Positions 13,131 through 26,437 of a stretch of 64,000 bases of DNA are shown here, piece by piece. Origin of the DNA: Cetorhinus maximus (lineage: Eukaryota); the NCBI RefSeq assembly GCF_964194155.1, contig NC_135882.1, forward strand, positions 117,986,001 to 118,050,000, given 5' to 3'. The notes beneath the pieces are model-generated. The model was not told the origin of the DNA and made no database searches. It saw only the letters and a list, made by a program, of their open reading frames with translations. Each line of letters opens with the position of its first letter. Within the stretch, counting starts at the first letter, position 1. The position numbers and the translations under genes were made by a program.

Positions 13131-13814
13131 AGTTCCAGCATGTTAGTGGGATGGTGAAGAAGGCATATGGGACACTTGCCTTTATCAATCGAGGCATAGA
13201 TTACAAAAGTAAGGAGGTCATGCTGGAGTTGTACAGAACTTAAGTGAGGCCACAGCTGGAGTACTGTGTGCAGTTCTGTTCGCCACATTATAGGAAGGAT
13301 GTGATTGCACTGGAGGGGGTGCAGAGGAGATTCACCAGGATGTTGCCTGGGATGAAACATTTAAGTTACGAAGAGAGGTTAGATAGACTTGGGTTGTTTT
13401 CGTTGGAGCGGAGAAGACTGAGGGGTGACCTGATCGAGGTGTACAAGATTATGAGGGGCATGGACAGGGTGGACATGAAGCAGCTGTTCCCCTCAGTTGA
13501 AGGGTCAGTCACAAGGGGGCATAAGTTCAAGGTGAGGGGCAGGAGGTTTAGGGGGCAATGTGAGGAAAAACTTTTTTACCCAGAGGGTGGTGATGGTCTG
13601 GAATGCAGTGCTTGGGAGGGTGGTGGAGGCAGGTTGCCTCACATCCTTTAAAAAGTAACTGGATGAGCACTTGGCACATCATAACGTTCAAGGCTATGGG
13701 CCAATTGCTGGTAAATGGGATTAGGTAGGTAGGTCAGGTGTTTCTCACGTTTCGGTGCAGACTCGATGGGCCGAAGGGCCTCTTCTGCACTGTGATTCTG
13801 ATTGTGTGATTCTT
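13131..13814 (+). mobile_element. 5'-truncated young CR1 LINE 3' end
   Basis: VRPQLEYCVQF.SPHYRKDVIALEGVQRRFTRMLPG...LRGDLIEVYKIMRG and a GATTCT-type tail. Highly similar to the copy at 37252-38880. Confidence 0.9.
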
Positions 13815-13929
13815 TGACCAAGCTTTTGGTCATCTGCCCTCATATTACCTTTCGTGGCACAGTGTCTCATTGTGCTTCATAATGCTTTTGTGGAGTTCCT
13901 TGGGACTGAAGAAGTTGTAAGTGCTGGTG

Positions 13930-14185
13930 CTCTTTGGTACGTCTAGGTCAAGCTAACAATTGTTAGCTAGAGAGTTTTGACAGCCTGTCAGCAGCCTGTT
14001 CAATCTTGAGGCATCGGAGCTGAGCCCGTCCCCTACTAACATTCATCGATTTACAGTTTTGCTATGTATTGTTGATTGCATACTGGAGCAGGAACCCTGA
14101 CTGCTTTTTCCCATCCATCTTCAACCAGGGGTACAGAGCCCATTTGCAGCATCTCTGTAGCTGCCACAGCTGAGGACAGGCTTTG
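13930..14185 (-). mobile_element. Ancient Deu-domain SINE fragment (SacSINE1/AmnSINE1-like)
   Basis: The reverse strand contains CTCAGCTGTGGCAGC...CAGTCAGGGTTCCTGCTCC...GGGCTCAGCT. It is homologous to 32015-32410 and to the Deu-domain as I recall it. Confidence 0.5.
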
Positions 14186-16389
14186 GAACATAGGGTATCA
14201 TTTATTGTGTCTATATTAACTTTCCTTTAAATAGAAATAAAATGACGTAATTGTGAATAAAGATTGCAGGAAGCAGCTCCAGTTTGATGCATTATGATTT
14301 CAAAAGCCGTACAGCATAGAAAACCTTATACTGAATTCACGTGCTGTTGCAGAGCTTTTAATCGATATATGACAGATGTTGAAATAATTTGGCGTAGTCC
14401 TGTTATTAATGTATATATTTCATATTTGTGTTGTGTTTCTTGAAGTGCTAAGTAAATGTTAAGTTAAATTCTGAATTTTTCTTCCTTCTTGCCCACCCCC
14501 TCCCATTAACTTTCCCCTTTTGTTCAAAGCTGAAAATATTTAGTCCTATATGGCTTCATCCCTGCCTCCATACTATGGGCTGGGTTTTGATCTTAGAGGC
14601 AGGTAGAGTCAGTTGCAAAATTACCCGCCTCAGGAGAAGGCACCTTGAATGGCGCAATTTTCATTCTGGTGCGGGGGGTGGCAAGTGTGTATAGAGGTTG
14701 GGCCCACCAGCCCTGGACGCAGATCAAAGGTGGCCACGGGCTGCCAAGTGCCGAGACGGGCTGCGTAAAAGGCTCACCTCAGTTCGCTGGGACACTTTGT
14801 CCCATTTGTATTAAATATTAGGCCCTCTAGCCCTCACCCCTCACACCTCCTCACCCTCTCACCCATTCCCCATGCCAATGCTTGTCCCCCACCTGCCCCC
14901 ATACCATCCATGTCATTCACCCCAAATGGCTTCTCATACCCTCTATGCCTCTTGCCCCCCAATGGCTCCTCATACCCTCTATGCCAACCCATGTCACCAC
15001 CCATCCCCAATGGCCCCATATACCCTAAATGCTAACTCCACCACTTAGACCATCCCTATTTACCCCAGACATCTGTCCATATAGGGCAAATGGTGCTGAA
15101 TATTTATCACTATCATGGGTGTTGGTTTCACAGGCATGCTTTAAACCAGATTAAGCGGGCCAGATATTTCAAAGCGTTCATGTGGCTTTGGGGGAGGGGC
15201 AGGTCACCTTCCGTCTGACCCCGTCTACTGCTGTTCATCCTGCAACTTTTTTTTTAGTATGCATTGTACAAAAGGAACTAGTTGAGTATCTTCTTCAGAG
15301 ATCTCCACTTTTTCAGACAAACTGTAAAGGAGACTTGCTTCCTCCTTTGAATCGTCCCCTTATTAAATGTTAACTTTCTTACATTTACAATAATATCTTA
15401 TTAAAAGTGGTGGCCCTGGCATTATTCCAGGTGTTCATATGCAAAATTCTTTTAAAACATTATACAGACCCAGAGTGTATCTGTGCACTTTTTAAAAACG
15501 ATATAACCAAGCTTCTGATGGGTAAAATACAGGACAAAGAAGCAGTGCAGAGTATGGCTTTGACATTAAACTCAGTTAATCACTGGAAGTGTTTAGTTAT
15601 TTATAGTATTTCATAGCTTTCAAATGTTATACTAGCCACTGCATATGGTGGGATAATCGCATTCAGATGCATGTAACCACTATGTGGTGGAGCCTATAAT
15701 GTCATTGTCTGCTAGGTTTTCAAAACTGTTTCATTCCTTCTTGCATCCTTGAGATTTTTGTAACCTTACCTTTATTAGCCTTTTATATTCTTTACTCTTT
15801 GGTTTAATTTGTTCTGTCCTTTGCACTCTTCTACCTTTGGTGGTATCCTTCATTATGCACCTTGACCCATTAGCTTGACTTCTGATGTTTTAATAAATGT
15901 GCTATGAGCCCGTTGTGTTATTGTGCCATAGTAAGCGTACTGGAAGTGAGTACAGTTTTTAAAAACCTTGTCTGAAATTTTCAACATAGACAATATAAAT
16001 AACATGTAGAGAGGAATATAAACACTGGCATGGACATGTTGGGCCGAATGGCCTGACCCGTACTGTATATTCTATGTAAGTGGTACTCAGTAGATTTAAG
16101 AAAAATGAATTACCAATGAGTTGGAACAGTTGAGCTTGCTGACATTTTGGCTGGTGAGTTTAAAATATGTCAGCCTGAATCAGGTGGTTTGGCTTTTGCA
16201 AGCATCATTGTGCGTGTAAATGACCTTCATAAATAGTTTATTAATTGTGAAATGTTTTGAGACATGTTGAGTACATGATATTGAACTAGATAAATGTTAG
16301 TGTATTTTCTCACTCACCCCTCTCTCCCTTTCTCCCAACATCACCCCCTTTTTGGAAAATCAACCTTCCATTTCTCCCAAGCACCTTGC

Positions 16390-17075
16390 AAGTTATCTTT
16401 CACAGTAGACTGCCATTGACAAAGAAATCCAGCATCGCCTGAAGTCTGTTAGTGCAGTCTTTGGCCACCTGAGGAAGCAAGTGTTTGAAGATCGTACATC
16501 AAAACTGAAACCAAGCTCGTGGTCTACCATGAGGTTGTGATCCTTCCTTGCTGTACGGGGCTGAAACATGGACAACATATAGGAGGCACCTGAAAGCTCT
16601 GGAGTCATCAATGCTGTCTGTAGAAGATCTTACATTTTAAGTGGGAGGATAGATGCACCAGCATCAGCGTTCGTGCACAAGCAGGCACCATAAGCATTGA
16701 GGCTGTGGTCATCCTTCACAGCTTCATTGTGTTGATTATATAGCTCTGATGTCATATACAAGACTCCCAAAGCAGGTCCTATTCTCCCAGCTTAGTCAGG
16801 GCAGGTACACCAGAAGAGGATAGAAGAAGCGCTTCAAGGATGTGCTGAAAGCCAACATGAAGAAATACAACATTGACGTCAACTCCTGGGAGACCATCGC
16901 CTCGGACTGAACCAGATGTCAGCAGTATCCGTGAGAAAATACCAGCGTTTTGAGACCCAACAGTGACAAAATGAAAAGAAAAAGTGAAAGCAGCAAAAAG
17001 AACACACCACGACCCAAACTGATGATACACAACTAGACACCCCACATGATAACAAATGCCCTATGTGACATAAAG
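16390..17075 (+). mobile_element. RTE/BovB-like LINE 3' fragment
   Basis: Frameshifted motifs IDKEIQHRL..S..FG.LR..VF, LLYGAETWT.YRRHLK.LE, RLPKQVLF.QL, KRFKDVLKA.MK. Confidence 0.8.
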
Positions 17076-17077
17076 TT

Positions 17078-17990
17078 AATGGGAATCGGGGAAAACTCTC
17101 CACTGGTTTGAATCATACCTATCGCAAAGGGAGATGGTTGTGGTTGTTGGAGGTCAGTCATCTCAGTCCCAGGACACCACTGCAAGAGTCCCTCAGGGTA
17201 GTGGCCTAGGCCCAACCATCTCCAGCTGCTTCATCCATGACCTTCCTTCCTTCATAAAATCAGAAGTGGGGATGTTCGCTGACGATTGCACAATGCTCAG
17301 CACCATTCACGACGCCTCAGATACTGAAGCAGTCCATGTCCAAATGCAGCAAGACCTGGACAATATCCAGGCTTGGGCTGACAAATGGCAAGTAACATTC
17401 GCGCCACACAAATACCAGGCAATGACCGTCTCCAACAAGAGAGAATCTAACCATCGCCCCTTGACATTCAATGGCATTACCATCACTGAATCCCCCACTA
17501 TCAACATCCTGGGGGTTACCATTGACCAGAAACTGAACTGGACTATCCATATAAATACTGTGGCTACAAGGGCGGAAGTCAGGAGTGTAATGGAATACTC
17601 TGCACTTGCTTGCAGTTTCCTGCTTTCTGTCTCCCTCCCTTTTTGAATAAAGGAGTTAATTTTGCTCTTCTCCAGTCTAATGGAATCTTCCCTGAATCAA
17701 GGGAATTTTGGAAAATTAAAACCATCGCATCAACTATTTCACAAGCCACTTCTTTTAAGAACCTGGGCTGAAGTCCATCAGGACCCAGGGATTTGTCTGC
17801 CTGCAACTCCAACAATTTGCTCAACAGCACTTCGACATCACTTTTCAAACCCACAAACCCTGCCACCCACAAGGTCAAGGGCATCAGATGCATGGGAACA
17901 CCACCACCAAGTTCCCCTCCAAATCACGCACCATTCTGACTTCGATCTATATCGCCATTCCTTCATTGTCACTGGATCAAATCCCGGCCT
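17078..17990 (+). mobile_element. tRNA-headed-LINE family RT fragment (copy C) containing an inverted CR1 piece at ~17612-17825
   Basis: ORF 17134-17646: VPQGS.LGPTI.SCFI.DLP..MFADDCT..DLDNIQAWADKWQV, the same family as copies A and B. The CR1 piece reads KSLGPDGLQPR on the - strand. Confidence 0.85.
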
Positions 17991-18129
17991 TAGGTTCTGC
18001 CTACAAATTTCCAAGTTTGTCTTTAAACCTCGTAATTAATCTTTCATTGCACAGACTATTGGCTATCCCTCCCTAGCGAGGATGATTGTCTTCCATGAGT
18101 TCGAAGATGGCTGATGAGGCCAATTTGGG

Positions 18130-18410
18130 ATTTTTTAATTCATTCATGGGATCTGAGCGTCACTGGCTAAGCCAGCATTTATTGCCCATCCATAATTGCC
18201 CTTGAGAAGGTGGTGGTGAGCTGCCGCCTTGAATTACTGCAGTCCATGTGGTGTAGCTACACCCACAGTGCTGTTAGGGAGGGAGCGCCAGGATTTTGAC
18301 GCAGCGACAGTGAAGGAATGCCAAATATTCATGAATCAGGATGCTGTGTGGCTTGGAGGGGAACTTCCAGGCCGTGTTGTTCCCATGCATCTGCTGCCCT
18401 GCAGTTCTTA
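18130..18410 (-). mobile_element. 3' tail fragment of the tRNA-headed LINE family
   Basis: ttcattcatggga...gcatttattgcccatcc.taattgcccttgagaaggtggtggtgagctgcc matches the 3' end of copy B. Confidence 0.8.
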
Positions 18411-20639
18411 AAAGGAGTCACATGTGCTGTGGATAAAGGAAACTAGTAGATGTACTGTACTTAGATTTCCAGAAGGCATTTGATAAGGTGCCACATCAAA
18501 GGTTATTGCAGAAAATAAAACTCATGGTGTAGGCGGTAATATATTGGCATGGATAGAAGATTGGCTAGCTAACAGGAAACAGAGGATAGCCATAAATGGG
18601 TCCTTTTCTGGTTGGCGGTAAAGCTAGATGTGAAGTATTCATTTAATACCTCAACTATGTGTAAATCCCTTTTTTTTGTCAGTTCTACTCCTTTTACCAC
18701 CCTTTTACCATTTATATGCCTGTAGAAGACTTTGGGATTCCCTTTTATGTTAACTGCAGTCTCGTTTCATACTTCCTCTTTGCTTCTCTTGTTAACTTTT
18801 TCACTTCCCTTCTGAACTTTCTATATTCAGCTTGGTTCTCACTTCTATTGTTAACCTGACATCTGTCATATTCACACTTCTTCATCTTAATCTCTAGCTC
18901 TTGTCATCCATGGAGTTCTGGATTTGTTTACCCTACCTTTCCATTTCGAGGGAGTTTACCTTGACAATTTCCAAATTATCTCCTCTTTGAAGGTAACCCC
19001 AATGTTCAGCTACCATTTGTCCTGCCAACCTTTGAATCCAATTTATTTGGCCCAGATCCATTGTTAACTCATTGAAGTTGGCTTTCCCCCAGTTCATTAT
19101 TCTTTCTGTAGATTGTTCTTTGTCATTTTCCGTTGCCAGCCTAAACCTTGATATAATAATCACTGTCCTTTAAGTGTTCTCCTATTGATAATTGATTCAT
19201 TGGCCCACCTCATTTCCAAGAACCAGATCCAGTGTTGCCTCCACTCTGGTTGGACAAGAAACATACTGCTGTAGAAAATTTTTGTGGGCACACTCTAGGA
19301 GCTCTTGCTCCTTTCTGTCCTTTACACTACTACTATCCCAGTGTATATTCAGATAACTAAAAGACCCCTGTTAGAACTGCACTATAATTCTAGCACCTGT
19401 TTGTAATTTTCTTGCAAATTCCTTACACCCTTTGCATTAGTTTGTGGCCTAAAACTACATGGAGCAATGTAATTGCATCTTTTTTGTTCTTTAGCTGCCC
19501 TTTACCTCTCTGGGACATCCTCTTTCTCTAGCACTGCAATGCTCTCAATCAATATCACCACTCCTACCCCTTTTCTTCCTTTCCAAACTTTACTGAATAC
19601 TTGTATCCAGGAATATTTAACACCCAGTCCTGCCCTTCTTTGACTCGGGTCTCTTCTAGCCACAATTTCATATTCCCACATGTCAATCTGTACCTGTAAC
19701 TCACCAATCTCATGAACCACACTCCATGCATTCACATCCATGCCATTAACCTTGATCTAGACTTTCTTAATTTCTCCCTTACTCTGACCGCACCTAATAG
19801 GTTACTATTCCCTACTCTAGTGCTATCTATCTCTCCCAGTATTCTGTGCACCTCTCTGATATTACCTCCTGGTTCCCACACCCCTGCCAAGTTAGCTTAA
19901 ACCTTTCCCAATAGCACCAGCAAATCGCCCTGCAGGGAACTCAGTCCCAGTTCTATTTGGGTGCTAACTGTCCAGCCTGTACAGATCCCATCTCACCCAG
20001 AGCCAGTCCCAATGTCCCAAGAATCTAAAGCCCTTCCTCATGAACCATCTCTCCAGCCACACATTCATCTGCTTTACCCTCCTATTTTATACCCACTTGT
20101 GTGTGGTATTGGGAGTAATCTGGAGATTACTACTTTTGAGATCCTGTTTGCTAATTTCCTACCTAGCTCCCTAAATTCTGACTGCAGGACCACATCCCTC
20201 TTTCTGCCAAATTATTTGTACCTACATATACTAAGACTGCAGGCTGTCCATCCTCCCTCCTCTGGGTGCTCTACAACTGTCCAATGACATCCTTGACCCT
20301 GGCACCAGGGAGTCAACACACCATCCTGGAGTCAACACACCATCCTTGATTCACATCTGCAACTACAGAAACGCCTATCCTCCTAACTATTGAATCACCT
20401 ATCACTATTGATCTTCCAATCTTCCGTTTAACCCCCTGTACAGCTGAGCCACCTGTTTTGCCATGGACTTGTCTCTGGCTGCACACCCCAGATGAACATT
20501 CACTCTCATCAGAATTCAGAACTGAATACTGTTCGGAGAATGAGCTGCACTCCAGGACTCCTGCACTACCTGTCTGTCCCTTTTTGACTGCCTGGTGATC
20601 ATGCATTTTTTCCCTCCCTGCATAGTTTGCTAATAAACT

Positions 20640-20740
20640 GTACCAACAATAATAAGCCTTACTACTATTAATAAACCTTACCAATACTAATAAAACTTTA
20701 CTAATACCGATAAACTCTATTAATACTTAATACCTTGCTA
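20640..20740. repeat. Degenerate ~19-bp tandem repeat (ccttaccaatactaataaa) in the CR1 5' region
   Basis: About five imperfect adjacent units with no spacers. Confidence 0.6.
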
Positions 20741-20743
20741 GTA

Positions 20744-20889
20744 TAAAAGCAAAAAACTGCGGATGCTGGAAATCCAAAACAAGAACAGAAACAGAAATAC
20801 CTGGAAAAACTCAGCAGGTCTGGCAGCATCAGCGGAGGAGAGCACAGTTGACGTTTCGAGTCCTCATGACCCTTCAACAGAACTGTTGA
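20744..20889 (-). mobile_element. Solo Penelope-type terminal repeat (~145 bp) with hammerhead-like motif
   Basis: Homologous to 1421-1559 and 45479-45630. Flanked by ACCTTGCTAGTA (20732-20743) and ACCTTGCTCGTA (20890-20901). Confidence 0.75.
20844..20886 (-). ncRNA. Minimal type I hammerhead ribozyme-like motif (Penelope-associated)
   Basis: The - strand reads ACAGUU CUGUUGA A GGGUC-AUGAG-GACUC GAAA C GUC AACUGU: stem I, core with A6->U, stem II, GAAA, a GUC site and a palindromic ACGU. Confidence 0.65.
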
Positions 20890-23834
20890 ACCTTGCTCGT
20901 AGTTGTCAACTATTACAAGTAGTTGTTCACCTTGCTAGTAGTTGTCAACCTTCCTTGTAAGAAAAAAGATAAGCAGTTTAGTCCCTCATTTAGACAAGAT
21001 AAATAGGAAATGCTCAGCAACCCACCACCTACCTGCTTCTCTGTGATGTCACACCTCGATTTTTTTTCTTTCTGACTGCAGGTTCTGAGCCCACAGACTG
21101 GCACCTGGTGGGGGTGGATAGTCCCGCCCTGCTCTCGCTGTTTCCCACCATTCACCAAGCCTAACTTTGGAGAAAGGAAAAGCAGCAGCAATGCTCACTA
21201 GTCAATCAACTCACAGCTTTCCAGTGATGTCACAGTTTGATTTTATTTTTCCCTCTCACTTTAGTGGTGCTGACTTGCTTCATGCTCCTCCTAGTCTCTT
21301 CACAGTGACGCTAACCTGCTTCACACTCCTCCCAGCCAAGGAAAATCCACCCAATTGGAAAGCACATTGACAGGCTAGGTTTTTAGCATTGTACTTTTCT
21401 CATAGTCAGAGTATCCAAATGTACCAATATGGTGTAATAAATATGTTTAAGTAAATAGCAGTTTGTTAATGTTCAATTACCTTGTGTACTTAATGGGGGT
21501 GAGACAAATGCTAACAAAATTGTGACATAAATGGAGACTGAATGCTCCAGAGGGAGCATTCTCTCAGCTAGCTACACTGCATACAATCTTGTTTAAATTA
21601 TTCAATAGTGATTTGCTACAATCTTGTTGAATAGTAACAGCTATTAGTAACAGGTAGTAATAGCTACCCCATTTAACCATCCGACATGTATAGCTGGCCA
21701 ATCATGTTAGTACCAAAGGGCCTTTAATATACAATGGGGAACTGCATATAGAACTTATAACTTTGTTTTCTGGCTTTTGAGATGAATGAAATATCAATTT
21801 TGAACACCTGCCAGAACCTTTGATGCATCACCTATTTATTTTCCTCATAAACCTGAAGCCATGTTGCTTTCTGGCTCTGGCATGCGACATTCGTTTTGGC
21901 TCACTCCCAAAATTTTATCTGACACCTCTTTAATCTCCTCTCCTGTCACACCCAATATTGTGACATTGGCTACCTTTAATGGATTAAGTCTCACTGTTTT
22001 CCACCTTTTCTTTATTAATTGTTGCCATTTTGTATTTCTCTTCTGTTTGTCTTCTCTCTCGAAACCTGCTGTTGTTATAAGTCAGTATTTATCATCGTCC
22101 TAGAAATTGAAGCAACAAACTATTTGTCTCTGCTCTTGAATTCAGTGTGGCTCTTCAAAACATTTTCCCTGTGCACCCTAATTTTTAGTTCCACTTCGTT
22201 TTTTCCCTTGTATGAAATAATTATTGTAGGACCTTATAGAACTCATGGAAACTGTCAGTGTCTTGATCTGTGTGAAAGGCTAATATGCACTAGTGCTAGT
22301 GATCTGCTCCCTCTGCATAGAGATTTGACTATGTGCTTTTACTCTGGCCCAGACTTAGATGTTCTAACTTCTTGGCACCAGGAGTCAAAAATGCCAGTAG
22401 TACACTTTTGGCCTAGAAAGTTTGCTCTCTGAAGAATCTTGCATCAGTTAAGCAAATAGAATGATTTGTAAAACTAAGAATAGATGGTGATTTAAAAACG
22501 CAGGCTTGAAGGATTGCCTGGGCAGCGATGTAGAGAGAAACAAGGGTAGAGGATTTCAGATCTGATTAATTGGAAGGCAGTTGAAATATATTAAACAGCA
22601 AGGGCAAACTCACAATGCAACCATTTTCATTGTGCAGGCTAATAGAACTGACTGCCTCATTTAATTTACAGGAAGAGAAATGGACATCATTATCCATTTT
22701 ACAGGATTGTAGGTGGAGCAAACATGATAAGCTGTGGTTTGTAATTGAAGCCCTGCAAGTGGGCTGCCTTGTACATTCTGTCTCTTGAATTTTACAGAGT
22801 TAATCAGTCTCTCACTGTTTAATTGGAGAACATTGTGGCTCATCCGGGACTTGGTGTTCAACAAGCACTCTGACGACACAATGGAGAAGTTGAGGGAGGT
22901 GATGGTGTGATAGAGCTGGGTGCCATCAGCTTGCACGTAGAACCTGACATTGTGTTTTCGGATAATAAATTTTTATAATGTTGGTCGATCTGTAAATGTT
23001 TACATTGGAAAATACATGGGAGTAGGCATGCAGTATTAAATACTAGGATCCAATTATGCATTCAATTGGCCTGAATAAGAATGGCAGCTTAAAGAAAATA
23101 TATGACGAGAAGGACCACAGCACAACAGAAAAGGGGATAAGGGAATAAAATCTTTAGTTTATTTTAAAAAATGTAAACTGACCGAGCTTGATCATACCTG
23201 CGCAATTGGACCTGCAAAGAAATGGGGAACAAAGACCAGAAAATAAATTAAGCTGCAGGCAAGGAGGAAAAGCTAGTTCAGGCTCACCAAGAGAATGCTG
23301 GGCATTGGGGAGGAACAATAGCATAGAGATGTGGAATGCAGCAGACGAAAAATTGAGTTTTTTGGGGTATGAGGGGTTTACAATGTATTAATAATTTTGC
23401 CATCCTTGAGATATTTATATATTCAGCTAGGTCAGAAATAAGAACTTGGTCCACTCTGGAGAAAAATTAAATGTATCAGCAGGGTTGGTTGAAATTGCAA
23501 CTTTAAAGATCTTCTCTTTTGTTTGTCTCACTAAAAAAACTCTTTTAAAAAAAGTTACATCTTGTTGAATGAAATGTAACACTTTAACGGCGTACAAACT
23601 TCATGGGCTGAATTTTCTGTTTGGCGGTGGGGGAGGAACGGGTGTGGGCAGGCACGGATCTGATCGCCGCCCGCGACCGGGTCTGCACTGCTATTTTACG
23701 CGGGTGGGCCATTAAAGCCTGCCCAGCATAATTCCAGACTCCCGAGGATAGCGGGAGTGCATTGTCCGCCGGGCCTAATGGCGACCTGGCAGCCTGTTTA
23801 TATGAAGCGCTGGCAACCTTTGCAAGGCTACTCA

Positions 23835-26186
23835 ATGGCAAGCGGAAGGGCTCACCAGAGGGCATCTGGTGAGTAGGCCAGTCTGGATGGTAGGCAAGCG
23901 GAGCTGGCGAGGCTGCAGGGTAGGGCAGTGGGACAGGCCAGGCCAGAGAGTAGTGTGGGGGGGGCCAATGTGCCCCTCGCTTCCTGGATGACTGCCTTGC
24001 TGCCCTCCTCGAGGAGGTGGCAGCATGACGGGAGGTGCTGGCTCCCCAGGATGGGAGGAGGAGGCCCCCCCCCACATGATGAAGCATGTCTGGGAGGAGG
24101 TGGCGGAGGTGGTGAGCTCCCGCGACGTGGTGTGGCGCACCTGGATCCAGTGTCGCAAGCACTTCAATGACTTGTTGCGCTCTGGCAGCGTGAGTACCAT
24201 GTCAGCATTGGTCATGTAACCCAGCAGGTCGGCTTACCCCCTTGCTGCCCCCCCACCGCACCCCAAAGTCTGAGTGTCGGGGCTGCATTGAATCATTGAC
24301 CTCATTTGTCCTTTGCTGGCTGGGCAAGCAGATATCACCCATGCTAACGTCAGCCTGAGAGCATGATGAAGACATGGGTATTGCCCCCGCAGCATTTCTT
24401 ACACTGAGTCCCACATGGCTGGTTTGGGGGAACCTGGAGGAGCTGCATCTAGGTGCTGTGTTTGAACTGCAGGACATGTCTAGGTCAGACTGATGACATG
24501 CTTGGAGGGGAGCTTCAAGGTGACGTGGCAATGAACCATCTGCTGCGCTCTGCGCCCGCGCCTCCTTGCTATGGAAGGATATACTGGGTGGTGCCTAATG
24601 TGATATAGGCAGCATGTGTCTGGCGGGGCGGGGGGGGGGGGCGCGGTGGTGTGAAGCAAGCCTAGCATCTTTGTGTGAATGTTCAGCAGCAGCGGGGTGA
24701 GGAGGCTCTGGAGCCCTGATATGTCCCACTCTGGGGTGGGCCGTGCGTGAAGAGAGTCCATGTGCAATTTTCACTAATCAACGCTCGTCTCTCATTTTCA
24801 GGAGAAGAATGCTCATAACGTGGCAGAGCTTGCAAGGACTGGCAGCGGCCAGGCGCAGATCGCCATTTTTAGCTCCTTCGAGCAGGAGGCCCTGGACCTG
24901 GAGAGGTGCCATGTGCCAAGGTCCACTGGTGTCGGTGAGGCTGGGCTGCCATGGCCAGGTATTTATGCCCAACAGTGAGGTCAGCATTGTTCTCCCAACA
25001 GCCATAGCACTGCTGAATGTTAATTGATTTAATTTTGCAACATGGCTTGACCATTGGTTATGGAAGGATGAGCACATAATGATCCGGGGGACAGGGATAC
25101 ACTTTGACATTGTCTCCATGTTAACTGATCCACTGTCCTTGTTCTTCCTTTCAGCATCAGCGGAGCAGAGCTGAGAGGAGGAGCAGCAGAGCCCCCCCCC
25201 TCACACCTGAGAGCCCTGGAGTCTCACCAGCGTCACACCATTTCTGCGAGGCAGGCACCAACGCAGATACTAGCACCTCGGTGCGAATTCGAACATCAGC
25301 TAGTGTCCCGGGACACAGCGGTGAGGGCAATTCACAGTCGCTGGAGGAGCTGGCAGAGACAGAGAAGTGCCCATGGCGCCAGCAGTCGGAGGACTGCAGG
25401 GCACCAGGCACAAGTTCGTTTGGTGCCTGATGATGTGCCTTCGGAGTCGTCCACAACGCAGCAGGTGCAGGAGCTGCGGCTGGGTGTGCGGGAGCCTCTG
25501 GGGGAGATAGACGAGGCTATGCTTGGCTTGGTCTCTGTGGTGGAGGAGTCAATGCAGGGTATCGCCGAAGCGATGAGCCTCATGTCCAAGCGCCATGGAA
25601 AGAGTGGCGACTCTCGTGGAGAGCCTCCTCTGGGAGACCTGTCAGGACTTCCTGAGGAATGCGCTCTGACCAGCAAACCTTCATATCTTCATTGACCTCA
25701 ATTGGTCAGTGCCAATGTGGGAGATGGTTTGGGCATCAAGTTTCCCAGCTCGGTGCCCATCCATCCACGGTGAGCAGGGAGGTCCGAAGCGACGTCACAT
25801 CGGCGCAGCAGCTGCCTGGCGTCTCTGCGGGCTCCTCTCAGGACGCTCCAGATGAGGGTGGCAGCTCCTCCACACCTCTCCCAGTGACCGTAGTATCTGG
25901 TGAGGCTGCGACAACTGGGGAGATGCCAGCTGTGGAACTGGCAGCTCCCTCCCAGGCGGGGCCAGCACAGGCTCCACAGGCCAGAGGACAACCGCCAAGG
26001 TCATCGAGGCCAACAGGACAGTGGAGTCAGCAGGCTGTCTCAGATGCCACTCTGAGCAATGGGGCAGCACCAAGACATAGCACCCGGAAACTAAAACATA
26101 AGGCACCTGAGGCACACCATGGGTTTTTGACTGGTGCTTTTGTGTTGGCCCGAGATGAGGTCTTTATGATTTGTTTTCTTTGGTAA
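23835..26186 (+). pseudogene. Harbinger Myb/SANT (trihelix) DNA-binding gene, 3 exons (~23835-24189, 24802-24958, 25155-~26186), disrupted
   Basis: APRF.D..L..LLEEV...WEEVAEVVSS..VVWRTWIQCRKHFNDL, GTGAGT donor at 24190, ttttcAG acceptor, then EKNAHNVAELARTGSG. Contains stops and frameshifts. Confidence 0.8.
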
Positions 26187-26437
26187 CACTGTTCTCTCTT
26201 TTTTTGGAATAAGTTGGCTTGCTTGACAGAATAAATTCAGATATGTCACCATGGCTGAGGGTGCCTCTTTTCTTCTGCATGTGTATGGTTTCCAAAACTG
26301 GAATGAGTGCTTGGTTGGACATTCAGCTTTATTAACAAGGCCCTTAGTGACTGTTCCTAACCTGGCAGATTTTGCACTTAGGTGTTGAGTATCGAGCCTA
26401 CAGCCCAGGCTTGCCCTGGTGGTCCATCTGTGGTGTG

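Larger units (their letters stand above)
11020..13890 (+). mobile_element. Degenerate L2-type LINE 3' part hosting a solo LTR and a CR1 fragment
   Basis: GVP..GPFLFLIYML.LGDIIRK..VSFHMY.DDTQL motif (12208 ORF). L2-like 3' end at ~13815-13890. The L2 sequence is continuous across the insertions. Confidence 0.75.
18410..21330 (-). mobile_element. Old CR1 LINE (5' half: 5'UTR, ORF1 esterase, endonuclease) with a + strand RT piece at 18410-18620
   Basis: IVIGDSIVR (SGNH esterase) in ORF 20313-20684, endonuclease remnants, and YLDFQKAFDKVPH on the + strand at ~18455. Confidence 0.75.

Noticed and set aside
14578-15180. Additional Harbinger-type element starting GGGCTGGGTTTT
   Set aside because: Only one TIR-like end found and no TSD, so not enough support.
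20640-20960. CRISPR-like array
   Set aside because: These are degenerate tandem units without unique spacers, in a vertebrate LINE 5' region.
23584-24162. 192-aa ORF on the - strand and other overlapping ORFs at 24000-26100
   Set aside because: Shadow frames of the GC-rich Harbinger Myb gene with no recognisable domain.
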